Assembly: GCA_965243025.1 (NCBI GenBank)
Contig: CBDETY010000003.1
Location: forward strand, 1,152,001 to 1,216,000
Length of the DNA: 64,000 nt
From: Candidatus Latescibacterota bacterium
GTDB taxonomy: Bacteria; Latescibacterota; UBA2968; UBA8231
Direction: 5' to 3'
This document shows, one piece after another, positions 27,941 through 36,685 of this stretch (the first letter of the stretch is position 1; the number at the start of each line of letters is the position of its first letter). Both the position numbers and the translations under genes were made by a program. A model generated the notes under the pieces. The model saw nothing but the letters and a program-made list of their open reading frames with translations. It did not search any database and was not told where the DNA came from.

Positions 27941-28744
27941 GTGTCCGATGATCTCACAACCCGCGACGTGTTCCAGCAGGTCGACAGCCGTCTCACCCGC
28001 GTCGAGGAGGATTTGCGCCAGCTGAGGGCCGATACGACCGCCGGATTCGCCCGCCTCGATCTGCGGATCGACCAGTTTCAGCTGGGGCTCACCAAGCGCA
28101 TGGATCAGTGGCAGCAGGGCCTCAGCCAACGCATGGACGAGGGTCAACGGAGTCTTTCCCAGCGCATGAACGAGGGGGACCAGGGGCTTATCCAGCGTAT
28201 GGACGAGGGTCACCAGGAGCTGGCGCAACGCATGGACGAGGGCCAACGGAGTCTTACCCAGCGCATGGACCAGGGCGACCAGGGGCTTATCCAGCGTATG
28301 GACGAGGGTCAACGGAGTCTTACCCAGCGCATGGACGAGGGTCACCAGGAGCTTGTGCAACGCATGGACGAGGGCCAACGGAGTCTTACCCAGCGCATGG
28401 ACCAGGGCGACCAGGGGCTTATCCAGCGTATGGACGAGGGTCAACGGAGTCTTACCCAGCGCATGGACCAGGGCGACCAGGGGCTTATCCAGCGTATGGA
28501 CGAGGGTCAACGGAGTCTTACCCAGCGCATGGATGAGGGTCACCAGGAGCTGGCGCAACGCATGGACGAGGGTCAACGGAGTCTTACCCAGCGCATGGAC
28601 CAGGGCGACCAGGTACTTGTGCAACGCATGGACCAGGGCCAACGCGGGCTTTCCCAACGCATGGATCAGCTGCAGTGGCGGATGGTCGGTCTCTTCGTCG
28701 TCACCTGGGTCACGGTGGTCGGATCCATCTGGCTGAAATCCTGA
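27941..28744 (+). CDS. Membrane-anchored coiled-coil protein with 11-aa tandem repeats (DUF1640/CCDC90- or Bdr-like architecture)
   Basis: Short head MSDDLTTRDVFQQVDSRL, repeats RM(D/N)(E/Q)Gxxx(L)xQ, C-terminal TM WRMVGLFVVTWVTVVGSIWLKS. Confidence 0.8.
   Translation: MSDDLTTRDVFQQVDSRLTRVEEDLRQLRADTTAGFARLDLRIDQFQLGLTKRMDQWQQGLSQRMDEGQRSLSQRMNEGDQGLIQRMDEGHQELAQRMDEGQRSLTQRMDQGDQGLIQRMDEGQRSLTQRMDEGHQELVQRMDEGQRSLTQRMDQGDQGLIQRMDEGQRSLTQRMDQGDQGLIQRMDEGQRSLTQRMDEGHQELAQRMDEGQRSLTQRMDQGDQVLVQRMDQGQRGLSQRMDQLQWRMVGLFVVTWVTVVGSIWLKS
28097..28657 (+). repeat. 33-bp tandem repeat, 17 units (coding VNTR)
   Basis: Units such as CGCATGGACGAGGGTCAACGGAGTCTTACCCAG at exact 33-bp period from 28097 to 28657; three recurring variants. 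Confidence 0.95.
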
Positions 28745-28755
28745 CGAATCCGGTC

Positions 28756-28998
28756 ATGTCGGAAGATCTCACCACCCGGGACGTTTTCCAGCATGCCGAC
28801 AGCCGCCTGACCCGCGTCGAGGAGGATCTGCGCCAGTTCCGCAGGGAAATGAACGCGGGATTCGACCGCCTCGATCTGCGGATCGACCAGTCTCAGCAAG
28901 GGCTTACCCAGCGCATGGATCGGCAGCAGTGGCGCATGGTCGGTCTCTTCGTCGCCATATGGATCACCGTGGTGGGCTCCATCTGGTTGAAGCAGTAG
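28756..28998 (+). CDS. Short (80 aa) paralog of the upstream repeat protein lacking the array
   Basis: MSEDLTTRDVFQHADSRLTRVEEDLRQ...RLDLRIDQ...WRMVGLFVAIWITVVGSIWLKQ; near-identical head and TM anchor. Confidence 0.85.
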   Translation: MSEDLTTRDVFQHADSRLTRVEEDLRQFRREMNAGFDRLDLRIDQSQQGLTQRMDRQQWRMVGLFVAIWITVVGSIWLKQ

Positions 28999-29745
28999 CT
29001 ACCGGTCCTCCGGCGGCCTGCGGAAGTACTCCTCCACCTTCTCTCCGACCTCGTACCCGAGAATACGCCGCGCCTTGTCGACGGGGTACTTCCCGTGCTC
29101 GAGGTAGCTGTTGAGGTTGAACCACTGGTAATGCTCCGGCAGGTCTTCGACCTCGAAGGCCAGGCGGCAGGCGTTGACGAGATCTTCCCAGACGATGGTG
29201 AAGGGCGGATGGCTGGTCCGCCCGCCCGGCTCCCGCGGCTTCGGGCCCAACCCGTTGAACAGGAACCAGACCGTGTCGATGCCGTGCTGCCGCGCGTAGG
29301 CACGGGAGATCTCCATGCCGAGGAACTTCGTCACGCAGTAGTGCCCGGTCCCCGGCGCCGGGGGAACGTCGTCGACGCCGAAGTCGTGGTCGTACCAAAG
29401 GCGAACCAGCTGCGGACCGGTGTGCAGGACGCGCCGGATGCCGTGCTCGACAAGGGCGCGGCTGATGTTCTCGACCCCGCGGGTGTTCACCTCCCAGCTC
29501 AGCACCGGGTCGTCGCGCACCACACACAGGTTGAAGACCGCGTCCTGCCCCTCGCAGGCGCGGCTCACCGCCTCCGGGTCGCGGATATCGACAGTGGATA
29601 CCGGGTGGCTGTCCGGATGCGGGACTATGTCGGTCAGGGTCAGCTCGTACTCCTCCGACAGCCCCGGCGTGATGAAGGGGCCGATGTTGCCGCACGCCCC
29701 GAAGACGACGACCCGCTTCGCTTTCCTTCCGGATTCAGCGGTCAT
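28999..29745 (-). CDS. NAD-dependent epimerase/dehydratase (uronate dehydrogenase-like)
   Basis: VVVFGACGNIG, VNTRG, YCVTK (YxxxK), ARRILGY. Confidence 0.82.
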   Translation of the reverse strand: MTAESGRKAKRVVVFGACGNIGPFITPGLSEEYELTLTDIVPHPDSHPVSTVDIRDPEAVSRACEGQDAVFNLCVVRDDPVLSWEVNTRGVENISRALVEHGIRRVLHTGPQLVRLWYDHDFGVDDVPPAPGTGHYCVTKFLGMEISRAYARQHGIDTVWFLFNGLGPKPREPGGRTSHPPFTIVWEDLVNACRLAFEVEDLPEHYQWFNLNSYLEHGKYPVDKARRILGYEVGEKVEEYFRRPPEDR

Positions 29746-30479
29746 GGGCCACCCCCTTTCCTGGCAGTGGCGAAGTCGTGCTCGAATCCCTCCCTGATCG
29801 CATCGTCGATCAGGAAACGCGGGTTCGGAGGATCGGCGCAGACGTGGCGGACCTGCCAGCGTCTCGCCCAGTTGAGCTCGGAGCCGGAGTCGCGGCCCAG
29901 GGCGGTTCGCACCGCGCGCGCCGCATCGCGGGGATCGAGCCAGCAATGGTCGGGGGCCGCCGCGTCCGCCTCCTCCTCGAAGGTCAGCGTGCCCAGGCGC
30001 AGGGAGGTGCCGGTTATCGCGTGATCGCGGGTGAACTCCCGCACCGTGAGCTCGGCGAGATAGCGCCACATGGTCTGGCCGGAAGGGGGCGGAAAAGGCT
30101 CGTGCAGCTCGCTGATGTAGACGTCGCCGGGGTAGCGGTCGAACAGGTCGAGGGTGCCGCAGTACACGAAGCGCAGGGCGCCGGCGGCGACCGCGGCAGC
30201 CATCAGGTCGTAGGTTCCGCGGGTGTACCAGTCGAGCTTGCCGCCGTCGCCGGGGGGCGGTGTCAGCGGCAGCTCCCCCGTATGGACGACGGCGTCGGTC
30301 CCGGCGACCGCCCGCTCCAGGCTGGCGAGGTCGAGGTGATCTGCCCCCACGGATTCGCAGCCCGCCGGCGGGTCGAAGGCTTCGCTCTCCAGCAGGCGCA
30401 GATCATCCCCCGTTCCGGCGAGTTCGTCGGTTATGGCGCGCCCCAGCCAACTCCGCGCCGAAGTAATGAGTACTCTCAC
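29742..30479 (-). CDS. Degenerate NAD-dependent epimerase/dehydratase-fold protein
   Basis: VRVLITSA, AVAGTDAVVH, TRGTYDL..AA, LRLG, DPRDAARA; lacks canonical GxxGxxG and YxxxK. Confidence 0.7.
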   Translation of the reverse strand: MRVLITSARSWLGRAITDELAGTGDDLRLLESEAFDPPAGCESVGADHLDLASLERAVAGTDAVVHTGELPLTPPPGDGGKLDWYTRGTYDLMAAAVAAGALRFVYCGTLDLFDRYPGDVYISELHEPFPPPSGQTMWRYLAELTVREFTRDHAITGTSLRLGTLTFEEEADAAAPDHCWLDPRDAARAVRTALGRDSGSELNWARRWQVRHVCADPPNPRFLIDDAIREGFEHDFATARKGGGP

Positions 30480-30562
30480 GATCGGGTCCTCCAACGGTCT
30501 GGAATGAGCCGGCGGGAAATCCGGCTCAGCGTTCTTCCTTTTTCAGGGCTTCCCGGCCCGGA

Positions 30563-31603
30563 TCACACCGAAACCGAGGCGAGATAGATGTTGGAGCCTG
30601 GCGATTCGCCGTACTCGTGGCTCGAGTAGTAGGCGATCAGGGCCTCGCTGTCTCCATGCGGCAGGATGGCGGCATACCCGGTGTCCCCGCCGCTTTCAAG
30701 CAGCCCCTCGACAGTCAGGTCGCCCCTGTCGCTGTCGTAGAGGAATACCCCGGTCGCCAGCCCCTGCTTGCCGAACTTGCCGGTGAGGGAGCGCTGCCCC
30801 TCGTTGTCGAAGCTGCGACCGGTGACGACGATCCGGCCGCCCACCCGGGCGACGTCGGCCCCGTAGCAGCGGGACTCCCGGCTGCGGCGGTACTCCCACT
30901 CCCGGTAGGGAGGGGATGACGTGGCCAGCACCGCGCAGTGTCCGCGGGCGCGCACGATGGCCAACAGGCGCTCGTCGTCGAGAAAGAGGAGGGCGGCTTC
31001 GGAGGGAGAGGGGGTCCCGAACCATTCGCCGTCGACGGCGTCCACAAGGTCTGCTTCCCCGGCCGCCGAACCGCGGATGATCTCCGAAACCCACGCCCAC
31101 TGCTCGCCGTCCTCGGAGGTCAGCAGGTCGACTTTGGCGTCGGCTCCCGGCGGCACCCGGCCGGCGTTGTCCGCGGTGAGGAAGTAGCGGCCGTTGTGCT
31201 CGACCGGGTGCCAGAAGTCGTGGTTCACGGCGTAGCACCGCCTCGGCCTGCTCCAGGTTTCCCCGTCCCCGGTGGCGGCCATCAGCATCCAGGAGCGGGC
31301 GACCCGGTCCCCCGCCATTACCGCTTGAGTGTCGGCGGCCCCGGCGTACATCAGCAACCGCCCGCCGGAGACGAGCAGCTGCGGTTCGGCGACGTACCCG
31401 CCGGCCGCCTCCTGCGAGATGGCGACCCGGCAGCTCCAGTTCTCCAGGTCCGTTGAGGAGAGCACCGCGCACTGGGTATCGGGCGAGTTGTGCCCCGAGC
31501 CGTCGCAGAAGGCGATGTGCCAGGCGCCGTTCCAGTGCACCATGTCGCCGACGTGCCAGCCCCTGCCGTTGGCGAAGATCCTCCTGGTCCAGTTGACGTT
31601 CAT
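30563..31603 (-). CDS. Asp-box (BNR) beta-propeller protein, sialidase-like
   Basis: SSTDLENW, TGDGETWS, TSEDGEQW; GDTGY...IAYYSSH C-terminal blade. Confidence 0.75.
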   Translation of the reverse strand: MNVNWTRRIFANGRGWHVGDMVHWNGAWHIAFCDGSGHNSPDTQCAVLSSTDLENWSCRVAISQEAAGGYVAEPQLLVSGGRLLMYAGAADTQAVMAGDRVARSWMLMAATGDGETWSRPRRCYAVNHDFWHPVEHNGRYFLTADNAGRVPPGADAKVDLLTSEDGEQWAWVSEIIRGSAAGEADLVDAVDGEWFGTPSPSEAALLFLDDERLLAIVRARGHCAVLATSSPPYREWEYRRSRESRCYGADVARVGGRIVVTGRSFDNEGQRSLTGKFGKQGLATGVFLYDSDRGDLTVEGLLESGGDTGYAAILPHGDSEALIAYYSSHEYGESPGSNIYLASVSV

Positions 31604-31627
31604 GTCAGCTCCCATGGCTGTTGGCCG

Positions 31628-33592
31628 CTATTGCAGCCGGTTTCCCGTGACTCCCGCCAGCGCGTCGACGATCCAGAAAAGGCCGTACACGGCCGTATGG
31701 CCGAGTATCATTCCCATGAAGAAGGAGCGCGCTGTCAAGTGCGAACGCTGTCCCCCGAAGCGCTTGACCAGGGTTTGCATCCCCCAGGCGATGAAGGCGT
31801 TGATCGTCAGCTTGCCGAAAACCGAGCAGACCGGGAAACCGAGCGGATGAAGCGGCCACCACGGGTAGCGCCAGCGCGCCGCCATCAGGGCGCTCATCAC
31901 CAGGCCGCCGATTCCGGTATGCATCCAGCCGCCCGCCTCGGGAGCTGACGGCCGCTGGATCAGGGAGACGGCGTAGTCGCATACCGCCTGCGGCAGCCAG
32001 GTGAAGTGCCGGGACAGGTTGAGCCCCCCGTAGGCGTGGCAGATCTCGATCAGGGAGAAGGTTCCCGTCGCCGCGGCCAGCAGCGCCGCCGCCAGCATCG
32101 CCGCGAACATCCAGCCCCGCTTGCGCCCCAGCTGCTCGCCGAGCTTCAGGCCGTTGGCGCAGTGCGGCATGGAGAAGTTGAGAATGTCGTTGGCCCACAC
32201 CCGGCTGAAAAGCAGCCCCGTCAGGCCCGACGCCCCCAGCGCCCCGGAACCGAGAATCGATACGGTGACGTCCGGGGCGACCATCGGCGGAAAAAGGGTC
32301 GCCACCCCTCCCTCGGCGCAGAGACGGGTCAAGGCGACGAAGATGACGAAAACCAGGAACAGGAACAGGGAGATTGCCAGCGGCGGGATACCGGCGAGAT
32401 ACAGCCAGCCCGCGATTACGGCAACGCTTGCCGCCAGGGCGGACAACGCCCCCCGGTAGGGGATGATCTCGTCGGAGTCGTCGATCTCCGGGGCGGGGGT
32501 GAATGCCTTGCGAACGACCTGCCCGAGGTGCCCCCTCGCCATCCACAACCCCCCCAGGACGAGAACGGCCATCGCCCCGACGCTCTGATGGGCGATGTGG
32601 TGGTGGGTGTAGGTCCAGTCGGAGACCGCGGGCATTTTCCCGCCCCAGCCGGAGATGTTGAAGACCCCGACCTGCAGGGTGTTCAGCAGGGAGAAGACCC
32701 AGAGGCTGAAGGCGATTTCCCTGTTGACGAGGTAGAAGAACCCGATGGCTCCGAAATGGATGAAGAGCTGCAGCGACGCCCCGCCGAAGACCGGGAGCGA
32801 CCGGCTCAGCGCGATCTGGGGCAGGCCCGGGAAATAGGCGTGCAGACCCTGGAAACCGAGCACGGCCACGGGCACGGCGAACCCGAGCCAGACCGGCGCC
32901 CTGCGGAAGAACGGCTTCACCGCCCCGTCTCCGTCCTCGATCATCGCGAGCGGCACCTGGATCAACGGGTAAGGCAGGTGTTCGTGCTGCGACCACTGGC
33001 GGCGCAGCATGACCATCAGGCTGAGAGTGCCGGCCTGCACCGCGGCCAGCAGCGGCAGCCAGCACAGGAGGGGAGTCGTCCACACCTTCCAGAGGTCCGT
33101 GCTGTCAACGGCCTCGGCCCCCTCGTACAGGGCGGTCAGCCCCTCGATGTCCCGCGGCGCGATCCATTCGGGAATGTGGGGGTGGAGCAGCTGGAACTGG
33201 TTCTCCGGGGTCGCGTAGTAGAAGGCGCCGCTCAGGATCGGCACGAAGTAGAAGACCAGCGAGAAGGTCGAGTTGGCGAGGACCATCAGGATGTAGACGG
33301 TGATCAGCTCGCCCCGCTGCAGGGCCCAGGCCGGCCGCCACGCCGCGAGGGCGGTGTTGACGATCCCCACGAGGATGAGAAACAGGAAGTGGGCAAGGGG
33401 GTTGATGTAGTACAGCCCCCCCGAGTTGGAGCCCTGCATGTAGAGGGCGATGTAGGGCCCGGCAGCCCCCATGGCCGCGGCGAGCCAGAGCCCGAGGGCG
33501 AGGGATCGCCGCGTCAGCGCCGAGGTCGGGGGGTGCGCCCCTGCGGCCAGGTGGCGCCGATAGCTTTCGGGAACGTCTCTCGATCGCCGCAT
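31628..33592 (-). CDS. Polytopic membrane protein, DUF6785/DUF6784-like (putative transporter)
   Basis: Many TM segments; GELITVY, FYYATPEN, LRRQW...EHLPYPL..VPL, LTRL.AEGG, WWPLHPLGF, FF.G.ILG. Confidence 0.8.
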   Translation of the reverse strand: MRRSRDVPESYRRHLAAGAHPPTSALTRRSLALGLWLAAAMGAAGPYIALYMQGSNSGGLYYINPLAHFLFLILVGIVNTALAAWRPAWALQRGELITVYILMVLANSTFSLVFYFVPILSGAFYYATPENQFQLLHPHIPEWIAPRDIEGLTALYEGAEAVDSTDLWKVWTTPLLCWLPLLAAVQAGTLSLMVMLRRQWSQHEHLPYPLIQVPLAMIEDGDGAVKPFFRRAPVWLGFAVPVAVLGFQGLHAYFPGLPQIALSRSLPVFGGASLQLFIHFGAIGFFYLVNREIAFSLWVFSLLNTLQVGVFNISGWGGKMPAVSDWTYTHHHIAHQSVGAMAVLVLGGLWMARGHLGQVVRKAFTPAPEIDDSDEIIPYRGALSALAASVAVIAGWLYLAGIPPLAISLFLFLVFVIFVALTRLCAEGGVATLFPPMVAPDVTVSILGSGALGASGLTGLLFSRVWANDILNFSMPHCANGLKLGEQLGRKRGWMFAAMLAAALLAAATGTFSLIEICHAYGGLNLSRHFTWLPQAVCDYAVSLIQRPSAPEAGGWMHTGIGGLVMSALMAARWRYPWWPLHPLGFPVCSVFGKLTINAFIAWGMQTLVKRFGGQRSHLTARSFFMGMILGHTAVYGLFWIVDALAGVTGNRLQ

Positions 33593-33712
33593 GGGTCCCT
33601 GACCGTGGTCCGGGCCGGTCGCTTGTTTCAGGAGAGTCGGGGTGCGCTGCGGCGGGGACCGGCCGCTGGGGGAAGGGGCTTCTTCACGGGCTTCCAGAGC
33701 AGGGAAACGGTG

Positions 33713-35683
33713 CTACACCGGAAGGTAATTGCCGATCATGCCCGTAGCCGCGTCGAGGATCCAGAACAGGCCGTAGGTCGCGAACTGCCCGAGGATCATC
33801 CCGAGGAAAAGGGGGCGCAATCTCATGTAGAGACCTACCCCGCCATAGCGCAGCACCGGGGCTTTTATCGCCCAGGCCAGGAAGGCGTTGAAGGCCATCC
33901 AGTTGAAGGCGGAGCTGATCGGGAAACCGATCGGGTGCAGCGGCCACCAGCTCCAGTAGCGGCGCGCCATGAGCAGGCCGCCCATCACGGCGCTGCCGAT
34001 GCCGGTGTGCAGCCAGCCCATCATGTCGGGCCCCGTCGGGGACTTCATGCGCGCCGTGATGTAATCGCCGACGTAGTTGGGAAGCCAGACGAAGTGCGGC
34101 GGGCGCAGATTGACCGCCCCGTGGGTGTAGGAGAGCTGCAGCAGGCTCCACATCGAACCGGCGATGCCGACCAGGATCGCCAGCAGCATGCACCAGAACA
34201 TCAGGCGCCGGCGGCCCTCGACCTGCTCGCCGAGCTTGAGCCCGTTGGCGACGTGGGGCATCGTGAAGTTGAGCAGGTCGTTGGCGAAGATGCGGACGAA
34301 TCCGAGACCGACGAGGCCGGAGGGGCCGTACATGGCGGTGCCGGCCGCCGAGAGGGCGGCGTCCGGAGAGACCAGGGGGGCGTAGATGACGGCGACGCCC
34401 CCCTCGACGATCACGCGCGTCAGCGTGATGTAGACGACGAAGGCGAAAAACAGCACCAGGAGAGTGCCCGGCAGGGGTATCCCGGCGGCGGTCATCCAGT
34501 AGACGATAACCGCCATGCCGAGAATCAGCCCGAGGACCGCTGCCCGGTAGGACATGATCTCGTCCCCGTCGTCGACGTCGGGCGCCCCGGCGATGGCCTT
34601 GCGGAAAACCCGCTTGATATGCTCCCTGCCGACCCAGAAGCCGCCGAGAACCAGGACGATCGAAGCCCCCATGCCCTGGTGCACGAGGCTGTGCAGCCCG
34701 TAGCTCCAGACGCTGACCGCCGGCTCCTGGTCGATCCCCCAACCGATCTCGGTGTAGATCAGCTGCTGAAACTCGTTCAGCAGGGTGAAGACCCACAGCC
34801 CCAGGGAGACTTCCGTCTGGATCAGGAAGAAGAAACCGAGGGTGGCGAAGCTGAACCGCGAGCTGAACAGCGGAAAGGGAATGCTGAAGCTGAGGGAGGG
34901 GATGAACGGGAAGTAGGCGCTGAGACCGTTTACCGAGAGCAGCAGGACCGGCATCGAGAAGCCGACCCACATGACCGGGTTGCGGAAGAACGGCTTGAGG
35001 AGCGAACCGCGGTCGTCGTCCCTGACCATCGCCAGGGGCAGCTGCATCACCGGGTAGATGAGGCGCTCCTTCTCCACCCACTGGCGGCGCAGGATCACCA
35101 TCATGCAGATCATCACCACCTGCAGGGCGATCACCAGCGGCGCCCAGGCGAGCAGCGGGCCGATCCAGACGTCCCAGGGGATCTGCGAAGCGCCCCCGGT
35201 CGAGCCCTCGAAAAACGCCTGAATCGCCACCGGGTCCCTGGGGACCAGCCAGTCCGGGATGTACGGGTGAATCATCTCCGCCCAGTCGTTTTCCGCGGAG
35301 GCGTAGTAGAACGGGCTCGAAACCAGGGGGACCCAGTAGGCGACGAGCCCGGGGACGGAGTTGGCCAGCGCCATCATGATGAACAGGATGACGAGCTCGC
35401 CGCGGTGGAAGACCCAGGAAACCCTGAGCTTTCCGAGGACGACGTTGACGAAGACGATCAGGACGAACAGCGCGAACAGCGCGATCTGGCTGGTGAAGTA
35501 GGCCGAGGCGTTGGACGCCAGCATGTGCAGCGAGATGAAGGGCACCACCGCGCCGACCCCGAAGGAGAGGGCCAGCCCCAGGAGAATGGCGCGCGCGGTA
35601 ATGCCGAGGACCGGCGGGGAGCTGGCCGGGGTGGCGTCTCCGGGGTCTTTCAGGGCCGCGGGCCGGGAGGGAGAAACCGTCAA
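33713..35683 (-). CDS. Polytopic membrane protein, DUF6785/DUF6784-like (paralog of the neighbour)
   Basis: GEL, FYYASAEN, LRRQWVEKERLIYP, LTRVIVEGG, WWPLHPIGF, LFLGMILG; start codon uncertain. Confidence 0.8.
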   Translation of the reverse strand: MTVSPSRPAALKDPGDATPASSPPVLGITARAILLGLALSFGVGAVVPFISLHMLASNASAYFTSQIALFALFVLIVFVNVVLGKLRVSWVFHRGELVILFIMMALANSVPGLVAYWVPLVSSPFYYASAENDWAEMIHPYIPDWLVPRDPVAIQAFFEGSTGGASQIPWDVWIGPLLAWAPLVIALQVVMICMMVILRRQWVEKERLIYPVMQLPLAMVRDDDRGSLLKPFFRNPVMWVGFSMPVLLLSVNGLSAYFPFIPSLSFSIPFPLFSSRFSFATLGFFFLIQTEVSLGLWVFTLLNEFQQLIYTEIGWGIDQEPAVSVWSYGLHSLVHQGMGASIVLVLGGFWVGREHIKRVFRKAIAGAPDVDDGDEIMSYRAAVLGLILGMAVIVYWMTAAGIPLPGTLLVLFFAFVVYITLTRVIVEGGVAVIYAPLVSPDAALSAAGTAMYGPSGLVGLGFVRIFANDLLNFTMPHVANGLKLGEQVEGRRRLMFWCMLLAILVGIAGSMWSLLQLSYTHGAVNLRPPHFVWLPNYVGDYITARMKSPTGPDMMGWLHTGIGSAVMGGLLMARRYWSWWPLHPIGFPISSAFNWMAFNAFLAWAIKAPVLRYGGVGLYMRLRPLFLGMILGQFATYGLFWILDAATGMIGNYLPV

Positions 35684-35738
35684 TCCGCCCTGCCGTCCCC
35701 GGCCCCGGGGGCGCCCTCGAGGTCGATGCCGGTCGGTT

Positions 35739-36524
35739 TCATCCGGCCTTCTGCAACACCCGCCAGCGGTCGTAGAACAGCCGCATCTTCTCCGGCAGGG
35801 CTTCCCTGATGTTGCCGGCAAGGCGCCAGGCGAAGCGTCCGTCGAGCTCCTCGGGGGCCTCGTCGGGACGGTAGATGCGCAGGCCGCCGGTCAGCGTCAG
35901 CCGCCTTGGCAGGTCACGGGGCTGCCGGCCGCGGTGGATGAGGTGGCCGTTCCAGAAGATGCACTCCCCGCTTTTCAGCTCGACCTGCACCTCGCCGCTG
36001 ATGGGAAGGCGGGTGTCGACCACCAGCGCCTGGCGTTCCGCTTCGGTGCGGTAGCGCTTGTGGCTGCCGGGAACCACCCACAGGCAGGGATCGTCGAGCA
36101 GGGCCAGCTGCCACTTGATGCTCCCCATCGGCCGCGTGAGAATCTCCATCTCGCGCTCCCGGGAGACGTCGCGGTCCTTGCCGACGTCCCGGTGCCAGCC
36201 GGTGTCGTACCCGCTGTCGGCGCACCACAGGTGCACGTGGCCGAGCCGCAGCTCATCCCCCAGGAAAGCGCGGACGTAGCGCAACACCGGTTCCGAGATC
36301 AGGTACTCGGCGAAGACCGGCTCGCCGAACTCGGGGGCGATGAGGCCGAAAATGGCGGTTGCATCGGGGTCGTTCCCGGCGACGTCCACCTCCCCCGAGC
36401 GGACCTTGGCCCACACCCGCCCGGCCGCCGCCTGCAGCTCGTCGAGCATGCCGGGCTCGACCGCGTCGTCGGCGACGAAGTACCCCTGATCGAAGTATTG
36501 CTCTTTCGCTTTTTCCACATCCAT
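35739..36524 (-). CDS. PhyH-family dioxygenase
   Basis: YFDQGYFV, WHRD, WVVPGSH, LKSGECIFWN..LIHRG...R. Confidence 0.88.
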   Translation of the reverse strand: MDVEKAKEQYFDQGYFVADDAVEPGMLDELQAAAGRVWAKVRSGEVDVAGNDPDATAIFGLIAPEFGEPVFAEYLISEPVLRYVRAFLGDELRLGHVHLWCADSGYDTGWHRDVGKDRDVSREREMEILTRPMGSIKWQLALLDDPCLWVVPGSHKRYRTEAERQALVVDTRLPISGEVQVELKSGECIFWNGHLIHRGRQPRDLPRRLTLTGGLRIYRPDEAPEELDGRFAWRLAGNIREALPEKMRLFYDRWRVLQKAG

Positions 36525-36685
36525 CGGGAACGGTTGAACCCGGGAAATCTGCGGTGGTCTCCGGGGGCCGGAAGTTTCGCGGAGGGGATCGATCGGATCC
36601 CCCCGCAGTGGGAGGGCTAGTCTGCACAGAAACCCCGGTACGGGCAATTGCCTGGAGCGGGAACCGCCTGTCCCGGAAACCCGGC

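Noticed and set aside
28097-28657. 33-bp periodic repeat as a CRISPR array
   Set aside because: Units are contiguous with no unique spacers, keep the reading frame of a protein, and no cas genes are nearby
32006-35809. 1267-aa plus-strand ORF
   Set aside because: Antisense shadow of two motif-rich membrane protein genes; long stop-free antisense frames are expected at this GC content
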